From: Eledone cirrhosa
Lineage: Eukaryota
DNA: 64,000 nt
Assembly (NCBI GenBank): GCA_964016885.1
Contig: OZ024741.1
Location: 152,830,001-152,894,000 of the forward strand
Direction: 5' to 3'
In this document: in pieces, positions 14,179 to 29,209 of the stretch
How the letters are laid out: each line of letters starts with the position of its first letter
Numbering within the stretch: the first letter of the stretch is position 1
Translations under genes and position numbers: made by a program
The notes under the pieces: model-generated
Told to the model about the DNA's origin: nothing
The model's database searches: none
The model's input: the letters and a program-made list of their open reading frames with translations, nothing else

Positions 14179-14475
14179 TGGTGGCTACCAACTCGTTTTC
14201 GAGTACGGCCACTACTTTATATCCATGTAGGAGAACCCCTACCGATGCACTGAACGAGTGTGACTTTTTAGTCCAGCCAGCGACTTGAAAACTGTTACAA
14301 ACACTACACTTGTGACAATCATTGACACATAGTGCTTTGCCTTTGGTACCATGTGACGACAAGTGCAGAGAGATCTCCAGATATAAAGCAATGCCCGTGC
14401 CGTGAAGCTTTTATAGTGAGCAAAGGCACTGCACAAAGCCAGTCCCACTCTCTTAACCAAGATGATATTCACCAA
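14179..14475 (-). mobile_element. Bipartite RTE derivative, 5'-truncated
   Basis: Matches 13402-13700; (TATG)n tail on the minus strand. Confidence 0.75.
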
Positions 14476-14484
14476 GACGATATC

Positions 14485-15491
14485 TACATACATATACACA
14501 TATACATACATACATATACACATACACATGCATATATAGATACATATATACATATACATACATACACACATATACACATACATATACATACATATATACA
14601 CATACATACATACATATATATACATATACACATACATACATATATACATATACATACACATATACATATACACATACACATACACACATATATACATATA
14701 CACATATACATACATACATACATACATACATATACACACATACATATATACATATACATACATACATATACATACTTACACACACATACATACATATACA
14801 TACATACATACATATACATACATATACATACACACATATACATATATATACATACATATACACATATATACACATATATATACATACATATATATATACA
14901 TACACATACATATACATACACATACACATACATACACATATACATACATATATACATACATATACATACATATACACACATACATACATATACATACATA
15001 TACATACATATACACATATACATACCTTATACATACATATATACACATACATACATACACATACATACATATATATATATATATACACATATACATATAC
15101 ATACACATATACATACATATACATATATACACATACACATACACATACATATACATACACATATATACATACATACACACATATATATACATACACACAT
15201 ACATACATATATACACATACATACATACATACATATACATACATATATACACACATATACATACATACATATACATACATATATACATATACACACATAC
15301 ATATATATACATATACATACATACACATACACACATACATATATATACATACATACATATATACACATACATACATACATATATACATATACATACATAC
15401 ATACATATACACATACATACATATACATACATACATACACACATACATACATACATATACACACATACATACATATATACATATACATACA

Positions 15492-15523
<32 letters not shown>

Positions 15524-15622
15524 CATACATACATACATATACATACATACACATACATACATACACACATATACATACACATACATACATACACATACAT
15601 ACATATATATATATACATATAC
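14485..15622. repeat. Complex CATA/CATATA/CA microsatellite, ~1.1 kb
   Basis: Directly visible; explains the long HIYT-type ORFs. Confidence 0.95.
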
Positions 15623-15623
15623 A

Positions 15624-16182
15624 TGGTGGCTGCCAACTCGTTTTCGAGTACGGCCACTACTTTATATCCATGTAGGAGAACCCCTACCGATGCGCTAAAC
15701 AAGTGACTTTTTAGTCCAGCCAGCGACTTGAAAACTCTGGTTCAAACACTACACTTGTGACAATTATTGACACATAGTGCTGGGCCCATGGTACCATGTG
15801 ACGACAAGTGCAGAGAGATCTCCAGATATAAAGCAATGCCTGTGCCGTGAAGCTTTTATAGTGAGTAAAGGCACTGCACAAAGCCAGTCCCACTCTCTTA
15901 ACCAAGATGATATTTACCAAAAAGAAGAACAAGTCAACATCATTGGATACCATCAGAGTTGCAGGTGTTATATCAGAGTTTTCCTTCTCCTAGAATTCTG
16001 CCTTGACAAAGGCTAAGGGGTCATCTCTCCCGGTGATTTTGGATGGCCATTGACTCTTAAGAGCTCCTTTGCCCTTTGACAGGTTTTGTTTTTAGTCCCG
16101 CAGGATGTCCAAAGTCACCCTCCTCACCAAGAAAACTTGGTGGGGTTGCCAGTTTAGTCGCCAACGACCCGACCATGAGACA
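15624..16182 (-). mobile_element. Bipartite RTE derivative, nearly full-length
   Basis: Near-identical to 13402-13962. Confidence 0.8.
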
Positions 16183-16208
16183 TACATACATACATACATA
16201 CATACATA

Positions 16209-19200
16209 CCATCAGTCAACGCGATCAGTCGCATATTTTGGCGTGGGAGACTATTTATTAAATTTAAGATGAATACTATCTCCGACAGTAATGCCACAAC
16301 TACAGCCAGGTTGAATAACTGGTTATTCTTCTAACTATCCCTTCTGAAGACAACTTTTTACAAGGATTTGCTACAAACAGCATGGCTGAACACAGCATCA
16401 ACAAAAAAATTAAGGAAGTATCGAAGACAAATAACAAAGAAAGTAATCAAACTTTATTCAGTTGTAGCTACAGAAGAAACCGAAATTATAAATCGCATTT
16501 CTCTTGGAGTTGCGAACTTAATAATGATTTATTTAATTGTTATAAAATGGCAAAAAAACAATCCCTCCATTGGCTATGTGAATAGAATGAAGCTACACTG
16601 GGACGAAATGCACCCAGAGCTAAATTATTTCACAGCGAAACAATTACGCCAACACGCGACGTTTGTTGAACGTAAAAATAAGATAAATATTATTAATTGT
16701 AAGTCCCCCACAACAAACATGGAATCAACAACACGTGCTACAGATCGCCATGCTACAAGACTTCCTAGCAGCCAGGTCGAACAGCGCCTTGAAACAACTA
16801 TGCCTGTACCACCTAAATCTACCTCGAATGGTGGGGAAAACACTATCGATAATAATAATAATCGAAGAAATAATAATAATAATCGAATAAATGTGACACC
16901 ACGTATACCATCCGAGTCTACCTCGACTGTTGTGGAAAATACTATCGATAATGATAATCAAAAGTATAAACTATTGAAAATTTCCCTCAACGAAATCTTC
17001 CAGGGAGAAATTAACTCATATATAAATATCTCTCTTGCTGAACGTGTTAAAATGACAATGGTGAATAAAAAACCAAATAATGAAATACTACGTGTTATTG
17101 ACGAAATAGGGGATGAATATTTACGACGGATAAAAACCCAAACATTTTGGCAAATCAACGCCTGTTTATATGCCTTAGCAATGACAGTGAAGCATTATCT
17201 TGGTGATAGCAGAGATATTAACAAGAACAAAACACCACCAAAAATACCATCATATATAACTAAAATAGAAAAAAAGAGTGCTGACCTACGAAAAAACATA
17301 GGACATGTGATAATGCTCCTTACATGCAAACAAACACACAAAAACCTCATTCCTCACCAACAAAGAGTGAAAAATAAAATAGAGACGATGTTTGGTAACA
17401 GTAGAACCAGAACTCTCCAATATAAGCTGATCACCCTCAAACAAGAATTGAGAGCTGTTAGCGAAAAACGCCGATACCTGAAGAAGGTAGATGAGAGAAA
17501 AATGCTTAATAAAAGATTCAGACGAAACCAAATATCAGTCTATAGAGATATGAAGGGCAAAATAATAAGTGTCACTGAGACCTCATCCCAGAAAGACATA
17601 GATTCCTTTTTGGAGAAAAATATGGGGTGAAAAGAAGAATTACAACCAAGATGCAGTGTGGCTAAGAGAAATCCGAAAGAATTATTGCTCCTACACTACA
17701 ACAAAAACATACGAAATAAGTGAGGGTACCCTTGAGACTGTGATAGGAAAACTCCAAGATAAGAAAACACCAGGAAGAGACATGATTGTCGGCTACTGGT
17801 ACAAAAAACTAATATTCTATCGGAGGTATCTTACTGACCTCTACCAACAAGTTCTTAAGGGAGATACACTTATACCAGAATGGTTGACATTAGCACAAAC
17901 GTTACTGGTCCCCAAGAACAAAGACACCCACTTGGCAAAAAACTACCGACCCATTGCATGCCAGAACCTGATGTATAAGATGTATACAGCCTGCCTCAAC
18001 CTATTCCTCCAAGATCACTGTGAAAATAATAACATCATCACAGATGAACAAGCAGCTAAAAAGAAAAGGGTTTGGGGATGTGCTGAACAACTCCTAATCA
18101 ACAAAACTGCGATGTCAGAGGTGCGACAACTTAGGAGGAATATGACTACAGTCTGGCTGGACTACAAGAAAGCTTTCGATTCTGTTCCCCACTCTTGGAT
18201 GATAGAGGCCCTCCAACTTGCTAAAGTCCCAGACATTATTGTCAGAGCCATAGAGAGGCTGTCTTCTTCTTGGGCTACTATCCTAAGGTTAAAGACAGAG
18301 AGGGAGGACTCTATTTTCACTGATAAAATAAAATATTGCAGGGGTATATTTCAGGGGGACAGTCTCTCTGTGATATTGTTCATCTTGTCATTAAACCCCT
18401 TGTCCTTTCTGCTCAAGAAATGTGAGGGATACATCATTGGCTCACAGGAGGACAGAAATACGAACCTAACCCATAACTTCTTTGTGGACGATCTGAAACT
18501 CTATGCCAAGAACATGGATGGGATGAAGAAAAATCTTGACCTGGTTACAACGTTCTCAAAGGATATAGGAATGGAGTTTGGCCAAGATAAATGCTCATAC
18601 ATGACTGTAAAGCGGGGAAAAACAACAACCCAATCTAGCAACATTGTCATCAATGGTCATACTGTTTCACTGATATCTGATGAGGACTGCTACAGATACC
18701 TGGGGACAGATGAGAACATATCCTATAATGGTATCTGTAATAAAGAACGCGTAACCAGGGAATACTACACCCGATTAAGAAAGATCTGGTTATCGGAACT
18801 CTCTGCGCAAAACAAAACAGTGGCTCACAATGTGTTTGCTGTGCCTGTCCTAACACCAACGTTTGGAATACTCAATTGGACGATAGACGAAATCCGAGCA
18901 GTTGATGTTGGAACTCGAAAAATACTGAACAACACCGGAAACTTCCACATCAACAGTGACATAGACCGCCTTTACTTGAAACGTAGGCAGGGAGGCAGAG
19001 GCCTAACATCAGTCCAGACAACATTTGAATGTCGCATCATATCTCTCCGACAACATCTACGAACCTCGAAGCGTAGGAGCCCGCTTCTCGAGCAAGTCTA
19101 TCTGCATGAAACAGATAAGATCATGAGAGTTGGGAAGGAACTCCTTGAGAGATATTCCCTGTGTGATAATCAAAAACTCACACCCAGGGCTCAGCAGTAT

Positions 19201-20256
19201 CGCAGTGAATCCATGGATGAAAAACTGCATGCCTATCAGCAAAAAATCATGCATGGATATGTTGCCAGGAAGCTCCAGAGTGAGAGTAATATAGATAAGG
19301 AAAGTAGTCTATCTTGGACCAACAACCGCTATATTGGCTCCCACTTTGAAGGATACGCTTTTGCAATCCAAGAACAGGAGATTAGCACGAAATACCTGAT
19401 TCACAAAAGAGATAGGGATGCAGGCAAAACACCTAGATCTGATAACAAGTGCAGACTCTGCAGAACTAACATCGAGGATATCACCCATGTCATCAGCAGC
19501 TGCCCAAAGATGTCATCGCGGTACTATCTACCTATGAGGCATGACAAATCACTGTACAATGCAGTTCGTAAAAAAGATAGCCCCGATGATAAACACATTA
19601 AAAGCTACAACAATGTGGAAGACATCCATGTACATAATATGAAAGAGTACTGGTGGAATGTTCCAGTAAAAACCCCAATAAAATGCAGGCATAACAGACC
19701 AGATATTATGATATGGGACAGGGAGAAGAAAACATGCACAGTAGTGGAAATTAGCTGCCCAGCAGATGCCAATATAATATCAAAGATTAGTGAAAAGGAG
19801 AATATTTATGCAGAACTGATGAGAAATCTGCAGATACTCCACCCTGATTACACCTTCAGATTTATGCCTGTGATTATATGTTAGTAACTGCCTCAATACA
19901 AATCTTGAGAAGCTAGGCTTCACAGGAACAGAAAGAACACAACTAGTTAGGAAATTACAAGTACAATCCATTAATGGAACAGTAAAAATATGTAAAACAT
20001 TCCAAAAATTTTGCATCTAATAACTGCATATACACATGTACAGATACAAAGCATATACACATGTACACATACAACTCAAAACATACACATCCACACATAC
20101 AATAACATCCATATCTACACATGCATGCATGCAGACATACATACATATCTACCTAGTTGATGTTGTGTAAATTCCAATGAGAGAGTCTTGTGTCTATGTT
20201 AGAAACCGACTCTCTCTCTATTGGTAAAACTTTGTGAAATTATAAAACCAGAAGAA
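16209..20256 (+). mobile_element. R4/Dong-clade non-LTR retrotransposon, apparently full-length, inserted in (TACA)n
   Basis: Single long RT-CCHC-RLE coding region; both flanks are (CATA)n. Confidence 0.88.
16368..20020 (+). pseudogene. RT + zinc knuckle + restriction-like endonuclease ORF, frameshifted near 17610 and 19876
   Basis: NYRPIAC, WLDYKKAFDSVPHSW, RGIFQGDSLS, FFVDDLKLY, CRLC..HVISSC and RPDIMIWD..VVEISCP. The 21589 copy shows that a 14 bp segment (VGALG) is deleted here. Confidence 0.9.
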
Positions 20257-20550
20257 CATACATACATACATACATACATACATACATACATACATACATA
20301 CATACATACATACATACATGTTGATTGCTACTTCTTGTCATAAGAGTGCCCATCCCTTCATTGAACATTGCACAATCATATCCATGCTGGTGACTTTTTA
20401 GATCCGCTTTTGTTTCACAGGACGTGACACTTGAACTGTTTGTCTCCTGGTAAAACTGCCTGGGGTGTGTCTTCATGTATTTTACATAAGTACATACATA
20501 CATACATACATACATACATACATACATACATACATACATACATACATACA

Positions 20551-20581
<31 letters not shown>

Positions 20582-20583
<2 letters not shown>

Positions 20584-21138
20584 TCACGTTGCTCCAGTCC
20601 ACACAGCTGATAGAAATGAGTTGCGTCTCTAAATTCAAATGTTCCAGCCTTGTCGTACAATGTGTCACACTGAATCTCCCTGAGAACTAAATTAAGAGTA
20701 CGTGTTTGAGGGATGGTCAACTACTTACACGTTAATTTGACAAGCAAGCTATTCCCTTATTCGAGCAACTGGAAAGTTGGTAGACCATGGCTACGATATA
20801 AGGATAAGTTGGAATCAAATCTCACTGCTCCCGCAATCCCTTTCCGTGATTCCGAACAAATTGCTGCTGACAAAAAGGACTGGAGAGAAAGGCGGTATGG
20901 TGCGATCAAGAACTTTAAATCCAGTCGCATTGAGAAAATTGCGTGTTGACCGAACAGGGACGAAGCAATGGGCCTTGAGGCCTGTAAGACTCTCCATAAA
21001 CTCTTGCCTTTGCGACCTATGTGGCTTGGTCTGTGGGTCAATAGCGGGTTTGAAATGTCACATGAGACACCGCCATCCAGCGAGCTGAACTTTTGTTGGA
21101 CACTCATACGTCGGATATCGACGGGGCAGTCCATCATC
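20582..21138 (+). pseudogene. RTE (BovB-like) LINE 3' fragment
   Basis: GRPWLRYKDKLESNL...AADKKDWR and C2H2 [22 protein letters not shown]. Confidence 0.75.
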
Positions 21139-21180
21139 TTTATATATATATATATATGTGTTTGTGTGTGTGTGTGTGTG

Positions 21181-21293
<113 letters not shown>

Positions 21294-21588
21294 TATTATA
21301 TATAGAAATGACTTCATCAGGAAAGGTTCATGATTTCATGCAAATGAAGCAGTTCTAGTCCTATAGAAATCATTTTTTATATAAAATAAAGATACCCTTA
21401 CTCTATTAATGTATTGAGTACGTTTTGTAACTGTGGTTACTTCCCGCTACCCATCGGGAATCCACCTATTATACATACATGCATGAATGCATGCATGTAT
21501 GTATAATAGGTGGATTCATACATACATACATACATACACACACACATACACACACACATATACATACATACATACGTACATACATACA

Positions 21589-21992
21589 TTCAGATTTATG
21601 CCTGTGATTGTTGGGGCACTGGGGTATGTTAGTAACTGCCTCAATACAAATCTTGAGAAGCTAGGCTTCACAGGAACAGAAAGAACACAACTAGTTAGGA
21701 AACTACAAGTACAATCCATTAATGGAACAGTAAAAATATGTAAAACATTCCAAAAATTTTGCATCTAATAACTGCATATACACATGTACAGATATAAAGC
21801 ATATACACATGCACACATACAACTCAAAACATACACATCCACACATACAATAACATCCATATCTACACATGCATCCATACATATCTACCTAGTTGATGTT
21901 GTGTAAATTCCAATGAGAGAGTCTTGTGTCTATGTTAGAAACCGACTCTCTCTCTATTGGTAAAACTTTGTGAAATTATAAAACCAGAAGAA
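21589..21992 (+). mobile_element. Second, 5'-truncated copy of the R4/Dong 3' end
   Basis: Matches 19855-20256 and reads FRFMPVIVGALGY...KICKTFQKFCI*; flanked by TACA repeats. Confidence 0.9.
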
Positions 21993-22006
21993 TATACATA
22001 CATACT

Positions 22007-22463
22007 TGGTGGCTGCCAACTCGTTTTCGAGTACGGCCACTACTTTATATCCATGTAGGAGAACCCCTACCGATGCGCTGAACGAGTGCGACTTTTTAGT
22101 CTAGCCAGCAACTTGAAAACTCTGGTACAAACACTTCACTTGTGACAATTATTGACACATAGTGCTGGGTCCATGATACCATGTGACGACAAGTGCAGAG
22201 AGATCTCCAGATATAAAGCAATGCCTGTGCCGTGCAGCTTTTATAGTGAGCAAAGGCACTGCAGAAAGCCAGTCCCACTCTCTTAACCAAGATGATATTT
22301 ACCAAAAAGAAGAACAAGTCAACATCATTGGATACCATCAGGGTTTCAGGTGTTATATCAGAGTTTTCCTTCTAGAATTCTGCCTTGACAAAGGCTAAGG
22401 GGTCATCTCTCCCGGTGATTTTGCATGGGCATTGACTCTTAAGAGCTCCTTTGCCCTTTGACA
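22007..22463 (-). mobile_element. Bipartite RTE derivative, 5'-truncated
   Basis: Matches 13402-13861. Confidence 0.8.
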
Positions 22464-22491
22464 TACATACATACATACATACATACATACA

Positions 22492-22521
<30 letters not shown>

Positions 22522-22523
<2 letters not shown>

Positions 22524-23490
22524 GAATAGCGACTGATCTGGAGGAGAGATATGGAATAAAGCCTGATATAAATCTCTCACCCAGAGAAATCGGAAGATCC
22601 TATTCAATGTTCAAACAAGATAAAAAATTGACCAATTTACAGAAAAAGTTGTGCATGGATACTTGAGGCGTAAAACACAGACCATAGAGGGGATAAACCA
22701 TTCAAAAAGCCTGGCATGGAGTTCCGACAAGTTTATGACATCACACCTTGAGGGATATCTCTATGCAATACAGGAACAAGAACTCCCTACCAAAATATCT
22801 GCTGCACAAAAGAGGAGGGCCAGCAGCTGACAATAAATGTAGGCTATGTAAAACAAAGATCGAGGATGTAAGCCACATTGTTGCCAGCTGCGAAAGAATG
22901 TCATCTCGCTACTACCTCCCCATGAGTCACGATGGGATAGCTAGAACCATCTGGAACGCACTTCGGAAAACAAAATTAACAACAAACGAGGAAGAATATA
23001 TTGAGACAGATGGCACTAAGGAATACTGGTGGAACCTGAAAATAAAAACTGCCACCAAATTAAAGCACAACCGGCCTGATATTGTAGTTTGGGACCACAC
23101 ATTGAAAACGTGTTCTGTTGTGGAGATCAGCTGCCCACTTGATGTAAACGTTGTCAGAAAAATACAGGAGAAGGAGGACATCTACGGACCATTCATGAGG
23201 AGTTTACAAATCCAGTATCCAAGATACACCTTTAGCTTCATACCCATCATTATTGGTGCTACGGGTTATATACCAACCCGCTTGGACCAAAGTATGACTG
23301 AACTTGGATTTGCGGACAAAAAGCGCAGCTCCCTAATTCATAGTCTACAAATGGCTGCGATAGCTGGCACCTTCAAAATTTGCAAAACATTCTTGCGATT
23401 CAAGGGATGACAATTTCTTTTCTTTTACAACCTTGCCACCAGGAAGGTGGCCGGTCAAAAAAATATACTCGAAATTAAGAGAAAGAGAAA
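22522..23490 (+). mobile_element. Different R4/Dong-like family, 5'-truncated, in (TACA)n
   Basis: ORF 22748-23410: CRLCKTKIEDVSHIVASC, RPDIVVWD..VVEISCP, IPIIIGATG; both flanks are (CATA)n. Confidence 0.88.
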
Positions 23491-23797
23491 ACATACATAC
23501 ATACATACATACATACATACATACATACATACATACATACATACATACATACATACATACATACATACATACATACATGAAAAGTATATTTAAAAAATTC
23601 TGTGTGGGAAAATATATGAAAAATTATTAAAACCTGTTTAAATGTAAGACTTTGATAGAATGAACTTACGAAAAAATGGTTTATTTTATCGTTGTTATTT
23701 TTTGTTATGGTGAAAAAATATGTGATAAAAATATGACATGAAAATATGTGATAAAAACATGTGACGAAAAATTACGTAATAAAATTTTATAAATTTA

Positions 23798-23826
23798 CTA
23801 GCAGAATGGCCCAGCGTTGCTCGGGA
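23798..23826 (-). mobile_element. Helitron 3' terminus (element extent unresolved)
   Basis: aCTAG followed by a cccagcgttgctcggg hairpin, the same layout as at 57946 and 62694. Confidence 0.5.
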
Positions 23827-24166
23827 TTCTAAACATATATTTGCATGTTTATCCCTCTTCTTGAATGTGATTGATTCTTTATATATTCATAATATATAGA
23901 CTTCTAAAAATGTATAACATGTATAATTTGAAATTTGAAACATGCGTCCCAACGCAAATAATAATAGTTGATCACTATAAAATGGGGTAAAGAGACGGAA
24001 AAATTGTAGTCATCGACTATTAATATCGTCATTTACGTTGCCACGCACATATTCCAAATTTTCCCATTAATTCTTAATTCAACCATTTTGTTTCTATATA
24101 AATTGATTTAAAAAGGAATTTGAAGCGAAATGGATTTTTAAAAAATTGAAGGTTAAATAAGTGGAG

Positions 24167-24680
24167 TTAACAACCTCCATCCAAATCTACGGTAACAGAG
24201 CCACGGGATTTCGTTAAGGAAACTCCGACTATATCTAGCCGGTAGCATCTGGCCTCCTCCATTAATTCCTGCTCCTTACTTTTAAGGGTTGTAAAGTTCC
24301 AGTTGCCTTCTTCTTTTTCTTCTTTTTCTTCTTTTTCTCCTTCTTTTTCTCCTTCTTTTTGCATTTAATTCAACCTCCTGCCTTCCATCACTCGTGAACA
24401 CGGCCCTGAGATACTTGAACTTCTCTAACTGCTTCAGTGGAACTCCATTTACATGTAGAATGCACTGTGCAGGATTCTTTGAGAGAACGAATGTCCCAGT
24501 TTTCACATCACTGATTTTCATTCCAGCCATGCAGCACTCAGCATCAGACCTATCGAGTGCAAGTCAGAGATCACCTGTCGAATTAAATAACACCATGTCA
24601 TCTGTAAATTCCAGCCGACTGATTTTACACCCAACACTCATAATATCACTTCCAAATCAGCTGTACATGTCAATCCTGTT
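24167..24680 (-). pseudogene. RTE LINE fragments (RT C-terminal part and APE N-terminus)
   Basis: LEKFKYLRAVFTSDGRQE and WNFTTLKSKEQELMEEARCYRLDIVGVSLTK. Confidence 0.7.
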
Positions 24681-25154
24681 ATGAAAATAATGTTATAAAA
24701 ATAATGAACTGGGGAGGTTACAGTACGCACCAGTTACCAATTCTTAAAATGTTTTCCCTTCTGGACCATCTTTGCGGTCTCCGGATAACCTTTGCGCGTC
24801 CATTCCATGCCTCCCAGAACATGTTGCAGGCCCATCGCTAGAATTTATGAAGTTTAATGGAGACTGCAATATATTTTTCGAACAGGCCCCTCTACCTAAG
24901 TGCTTATCGCGTCACTTGTTAACCTACGCAAGAGATGATTCAGTATGATTGCTTTTATTACACTTGACCGTGCTGCAGTTATTGGTGGTCTTACTCGCAT
25001 CAGTCAACAATTAAGTAATTTTCTCAGACTAGCGGAGACTAGGCTTTTTTAGAGACACCCTTTTCTCGCCTCGTCATAACTACAGCCCTGGATTGTGAGA
25101 GTTTACTAACATGTCATACATTACTTCATCTCTCCTAATCTCACCGCTCTTTGG

Positions 25155-25381
25155 GAAGAAGAAGAAGAAGAAGAAGAAGAAGAAGAAGAAGAAGAAGAAG
25201 AAGAAGAAGAAGAAGAAGAAGAAGAAGAAGAAGAAGAAGAAGAAGAAGAAGAAGAAGAAGAAGAAGAAGAAGAAGAAGAAGAAGAAGAAGAAGAAGAAGA
25301 AGAAGAAGAAGAAGAAGAAGAAGAAGAAGAAGAAGAAGAAGAAGAAGAAGAAGAAGAAGAAGAAGAAGAAGAAGAAGAAGA
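25155..25381. repeat. Pure (GAA)n, about 75 units
   Basis: Directly visible. Confidence 0.98.
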
Positions 25382-25552
25382 CATACTACGTTATAATCAG
25401 GAACACGCTAACCACTAAAAGACGTGCCTTCACAAGATGTTGTTGTTTTAGGTGGATGTAGGAAATAACTGAAAGAAGCAAGAGTTCTTCAGTATGCTTG
25501 TAGAGATTTGCAGTGTTATTGTTTGTTTATATATTATTGTAATAATAATAAT

Positions 25553-25955
25553 TGTTTCTACTTTTGGCACAAGGCCAGCAATTATCCCAGTGCAATACTG
25601 GTACTTTACTGGTGATATTGTAATAATGATTTCTCGTATAGGCACAAGGCCAGTAATTTGGGGGGAGGGGAAAGTTGATTAAATCGACCCCAGTACGTTA
25701 GTGGTACTTTATTTTATCGGATGAAAGGCAAAGTTGACCTCGGCGGGATTTGAACTCAGACCGTAAAGGACCGTAACTCTATGCTGCAAAGCATTGTGTT
25801 CGACTCTACCGATACTGCAAATCCACCGCCGTAATAATGATAATCATTTTGGGTGGAGGGTAAAGTCGATTAAATCGACCCCAGTGCATTACTGGTGCTT
25901 TACTTTATCGACCCCGTAAGGATGAAAGGCAACCTCGAATTTGAACTCAGAACCC
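25553..25955 (-). mobile_element. Cluster of Meta-core SINE copies and fragments
   Basis: Reverse-complement tail, core and B box at 25553-25610, 25640-25830 and 25860-25955. Confidence 0.8.
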
Positions 25956-26089
25956 AACTATATGTCGAGTGTCGACCTGAAACCTGGGTCAAAATTTGGT
26001 AATATACACATTTTACAATCCAATCAATTGCCATACAAATGATGCCATAAGGGCATAAACGATAGTAAATGTCTTTGCAAGTTTTTAAA

Positions 26090-26350
26090 ATTGATAATTC
26101 TCTTCTCAGGACACGGACCGTCAACACTATATTCTGTATCTCTTGCAGAGATGGCTTTTCAGGTATCTAAATACTAGTCCAAATACTTTTCTTTTCCCAT
26201 TTTTATCATTCCAAGTACACCGACTATCACTGGCATTGTATAGGCTTTAAGATGCTACATTTTCTAAATTTCAATCATCAGGTCTTTATATTTCGTGAGC
26301 TTTTGGAACTATTTCATTGAGATGTATGATCTGAAAGAATGCTCATGTCA
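26090..26350 (-). pseudogene. Degenerate RLE-type LINE 3' end
   Basis: Minus-strand translation VIVGVLGMIK...PSLQEIQNIVLTVRVLRREL resembles R4/Dong C-termini. Confidence 0.55.
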
Positions 26351-27340
26351 ATTAAAAAGATGTTTTGCACGCACTCGTTCAGTGCCTGTGCATTACTGAC
26401 TTGTGAAGTTATGTCGAGTAGCTGTTGTTGCGTGTGGGACGGATCTGGCTATCGACCGGATCCGGCTATCGACCGGATCTGTCCCACACGCCTTCTATTC
26501 ACAGTTTTCCTCTGTCTTTCGAGTATAGCAAAAGAGATTGTGTGGTGGAGCAAGTTGAAAGGACTGAGAACAGACAATTTTCTCTTCGGCCAATCCCTCA
26601 TAAACTTTTTCGAGTTTCACTTTGAAAGGAAAATGAGGGTGAAGAGAGAAGTGCTGTCCCCGCCCTAGTACATTTGCTAAAAGGTGAGTAAATGTGGCGA
26701 GAATGGCCCACATGAATGGACCTACTCTAAGCATGCGCCTGTAGGCTGGTTGATTTAAGGAGGAGAGGGTTGCTCTTCCCGGGTACCCTCGAAGCGTCGG
26801 AAGGTTCAGGATTGGTGAGGTACCTGAGCCGCCCCTGGGTAGCTCACCCCCTATTCAGACATTTATTTATTTTTTTTTTTTTTTCATTATTAATTGTTTT
26901 TGTTATTGTGTAATTTTACTCAATTTTATTGTAAGCCCCCACTGTCTCTGTGTATTTTCTCAGGTAAGCATAACTGACAACGGATCATAGATGTGAATTG
27001 ACCAAGTACTTCTGAACGTGTGGTCGGACGACTCACTAAATAGTATGTTTAAAGGGAAGCACCTTGTTTTACATCGGATTAACATTTAAAGGTGGACTAG
27101 ATTATTAGGAGAGATTTGGTTGTTATTCCTAGTAGGTTAATGGATCTCGTAAACGTGTCGGCTCCCCTGCTGGCTCAAGGGAATCCCATGTTTGTTTTTG
27201 CTGCATTAGTAATTGAGGAATTAGGGTGGTTGTGTAGATAGCGAGATTCGTATGTGTGTGTTTCTGTGATATATTTAAACAAACAACAGAAAACTCAAAA
27301 CAAAAATGTAGAGTCGAATAACTATATGTGTGTGTGCGTA

Positions 27341-27433
<93 letters not shown>

Positions 27434-27955
27434 TCAGACACGATATATCACATTATATTTCAAGGAGTCTAAGTTTGAGAACAAACAGGGATAAAGGAAA
27501 ATACGTACAATTAAAAATATAAGACTAAAGCGTTAAAGAGAATCACACGTGTATCAACACTTGTGAAACAAAAGCCAGAAACTGATATCTCATGAAATTT
27601 CAAATATAAGCCCTACGGTGGAATGAAAAGGAAAGTTACAGAACAAATAAATAGACTTTAGCAAAACCTCTATAACTTGTAATTCGGCAGTTTTCAATAT
27701 CCACTGCAAGAAAATATATATTTGTTTTGTTACAATATTCAGATAGACTCACATTTAACTTTTATATATATACTAGAATGTTACCATATGACAGGTAAAT
27801 TTTGGGGTAAATGTTTGTCACTGTGAATATTAATAGGTAAATAAAGAAACTGCATATATATCTACCCCCACCCACCCCCCACCCACCCTCTCAAGAGCGT
27901 GAAACTAATAAACCTTTGTTTGTACTGCCTCTCTGTTTTGTTCCCGTTCCATTTT

Positions 27956-28002
<47 letters not shown>

Positions 28003-28005
<3 letters not shown>

Positions 28006-29169
28006 TGCTGAATTACCCGGTGTTGCCCTGGTTACTGCTGTTGTTATTCAGATTAGTAAACAATAAATATGAAGATATGTTTTTTTTCTCATGATTATTT
28101 CAAAATATGTATATTTTATTTTTAAAATATCAAAATTGTAATGATAATAGAATTTAGAAATGAAAATCTGTCAATCTTGAAGCACCTTAGGATAAACAAT
28201 ATTCATTGTGTAATTTTTTGTTGGTGTCCAAATGAATAAATTGTTGCTACACACCCACACACATGCACTCTCACATACATATACTAAGACAGACACACAC
28301 ATACATACATTCACGCAGACACACGCATAGATTTTCACCTGATTTTGATCAGTTGCTACATATGTGTAGATGTGTGTGTGTGTGTGTGTATTTAATCAAG
28401 TACCTAATGAACGCGCACACACACTCACAGACACATACATATTCATATACAAAATGTGACAAATGTGTTGTTTTCTATTGTTATAATGCAAATGAAAATA
28501 AAAAAATCTAGCTTGGCCGCAGCCAAAAGCTTCGTTGATGCTGTACTAAAATTTGTATTTTTAACTCCTAGAATTAACGATTAACTGATTAATTTAATTA
28601 GACAATTCTATTGATTGATTAATTGTTTATGTTTGTTTGAATAACTTCTGGTTGATGTTTAATTCGGTTTGTCTAACGGAATTTCATTCCTTTGTCCCAA
28701 ATTTCGAATTTCCCTTTGGGAAAACCACGTGTCTATAGCGAAAATTACTGCTAGAAAATACACCCGTCGAGGCTATAGAACGCAAGATTTGTTGACGAAG
28801 TAAATCCTTTGTTCTGTCGTCAAAGGCCATTAACTTGCAGACCCCTTGTCGATCTCGGATTTACAGAAACCTAGCGTGGATGTTGTATGTTATATGGGAT
28901 GTATATTGTATGCTATACGTCATACGTTGTGTGTTGCATTTGATGTCAACGCGATGATCCAGATCAGTCAAAATCTTTTCCTGAGTTCAGTATTTTTCGT
29001 TGCTATGGCAATGCGGCCAGACTGTCCGTCGCTATATTTGATTTGCAAAGCTGTTTAAACGTATTGTTATAACTCTGGGGTAATATTCTCCATCGAGTGC
29101 TAAGTTGCATTCCGAATCTGCATTCGTTAGCTTGGCCGCAGCCTAAAGCTTCGTTGATGCTGTACTAAA

Positions 29170-29176
<7 letters not shown>
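28003..29176 (-). mobile_element. Probable diverged non-autonomous Helitron
   Basis: acttg-ctgaatta-cccggtgttgccctgg resembles the Helitron 3' ends elsewhere in the window; 48 bp internal duplication at 28510 and 29128. Confidence 0.4.

Positions 29177-29204
<28 letters not shown>

Positions 29205-29209
<5 letters not shown>

Noticed and set aside
25111-25461. Poly-K, poly-R and poly-S ORFs
   Set aside because: They are frames of the (GAA)n repeat.
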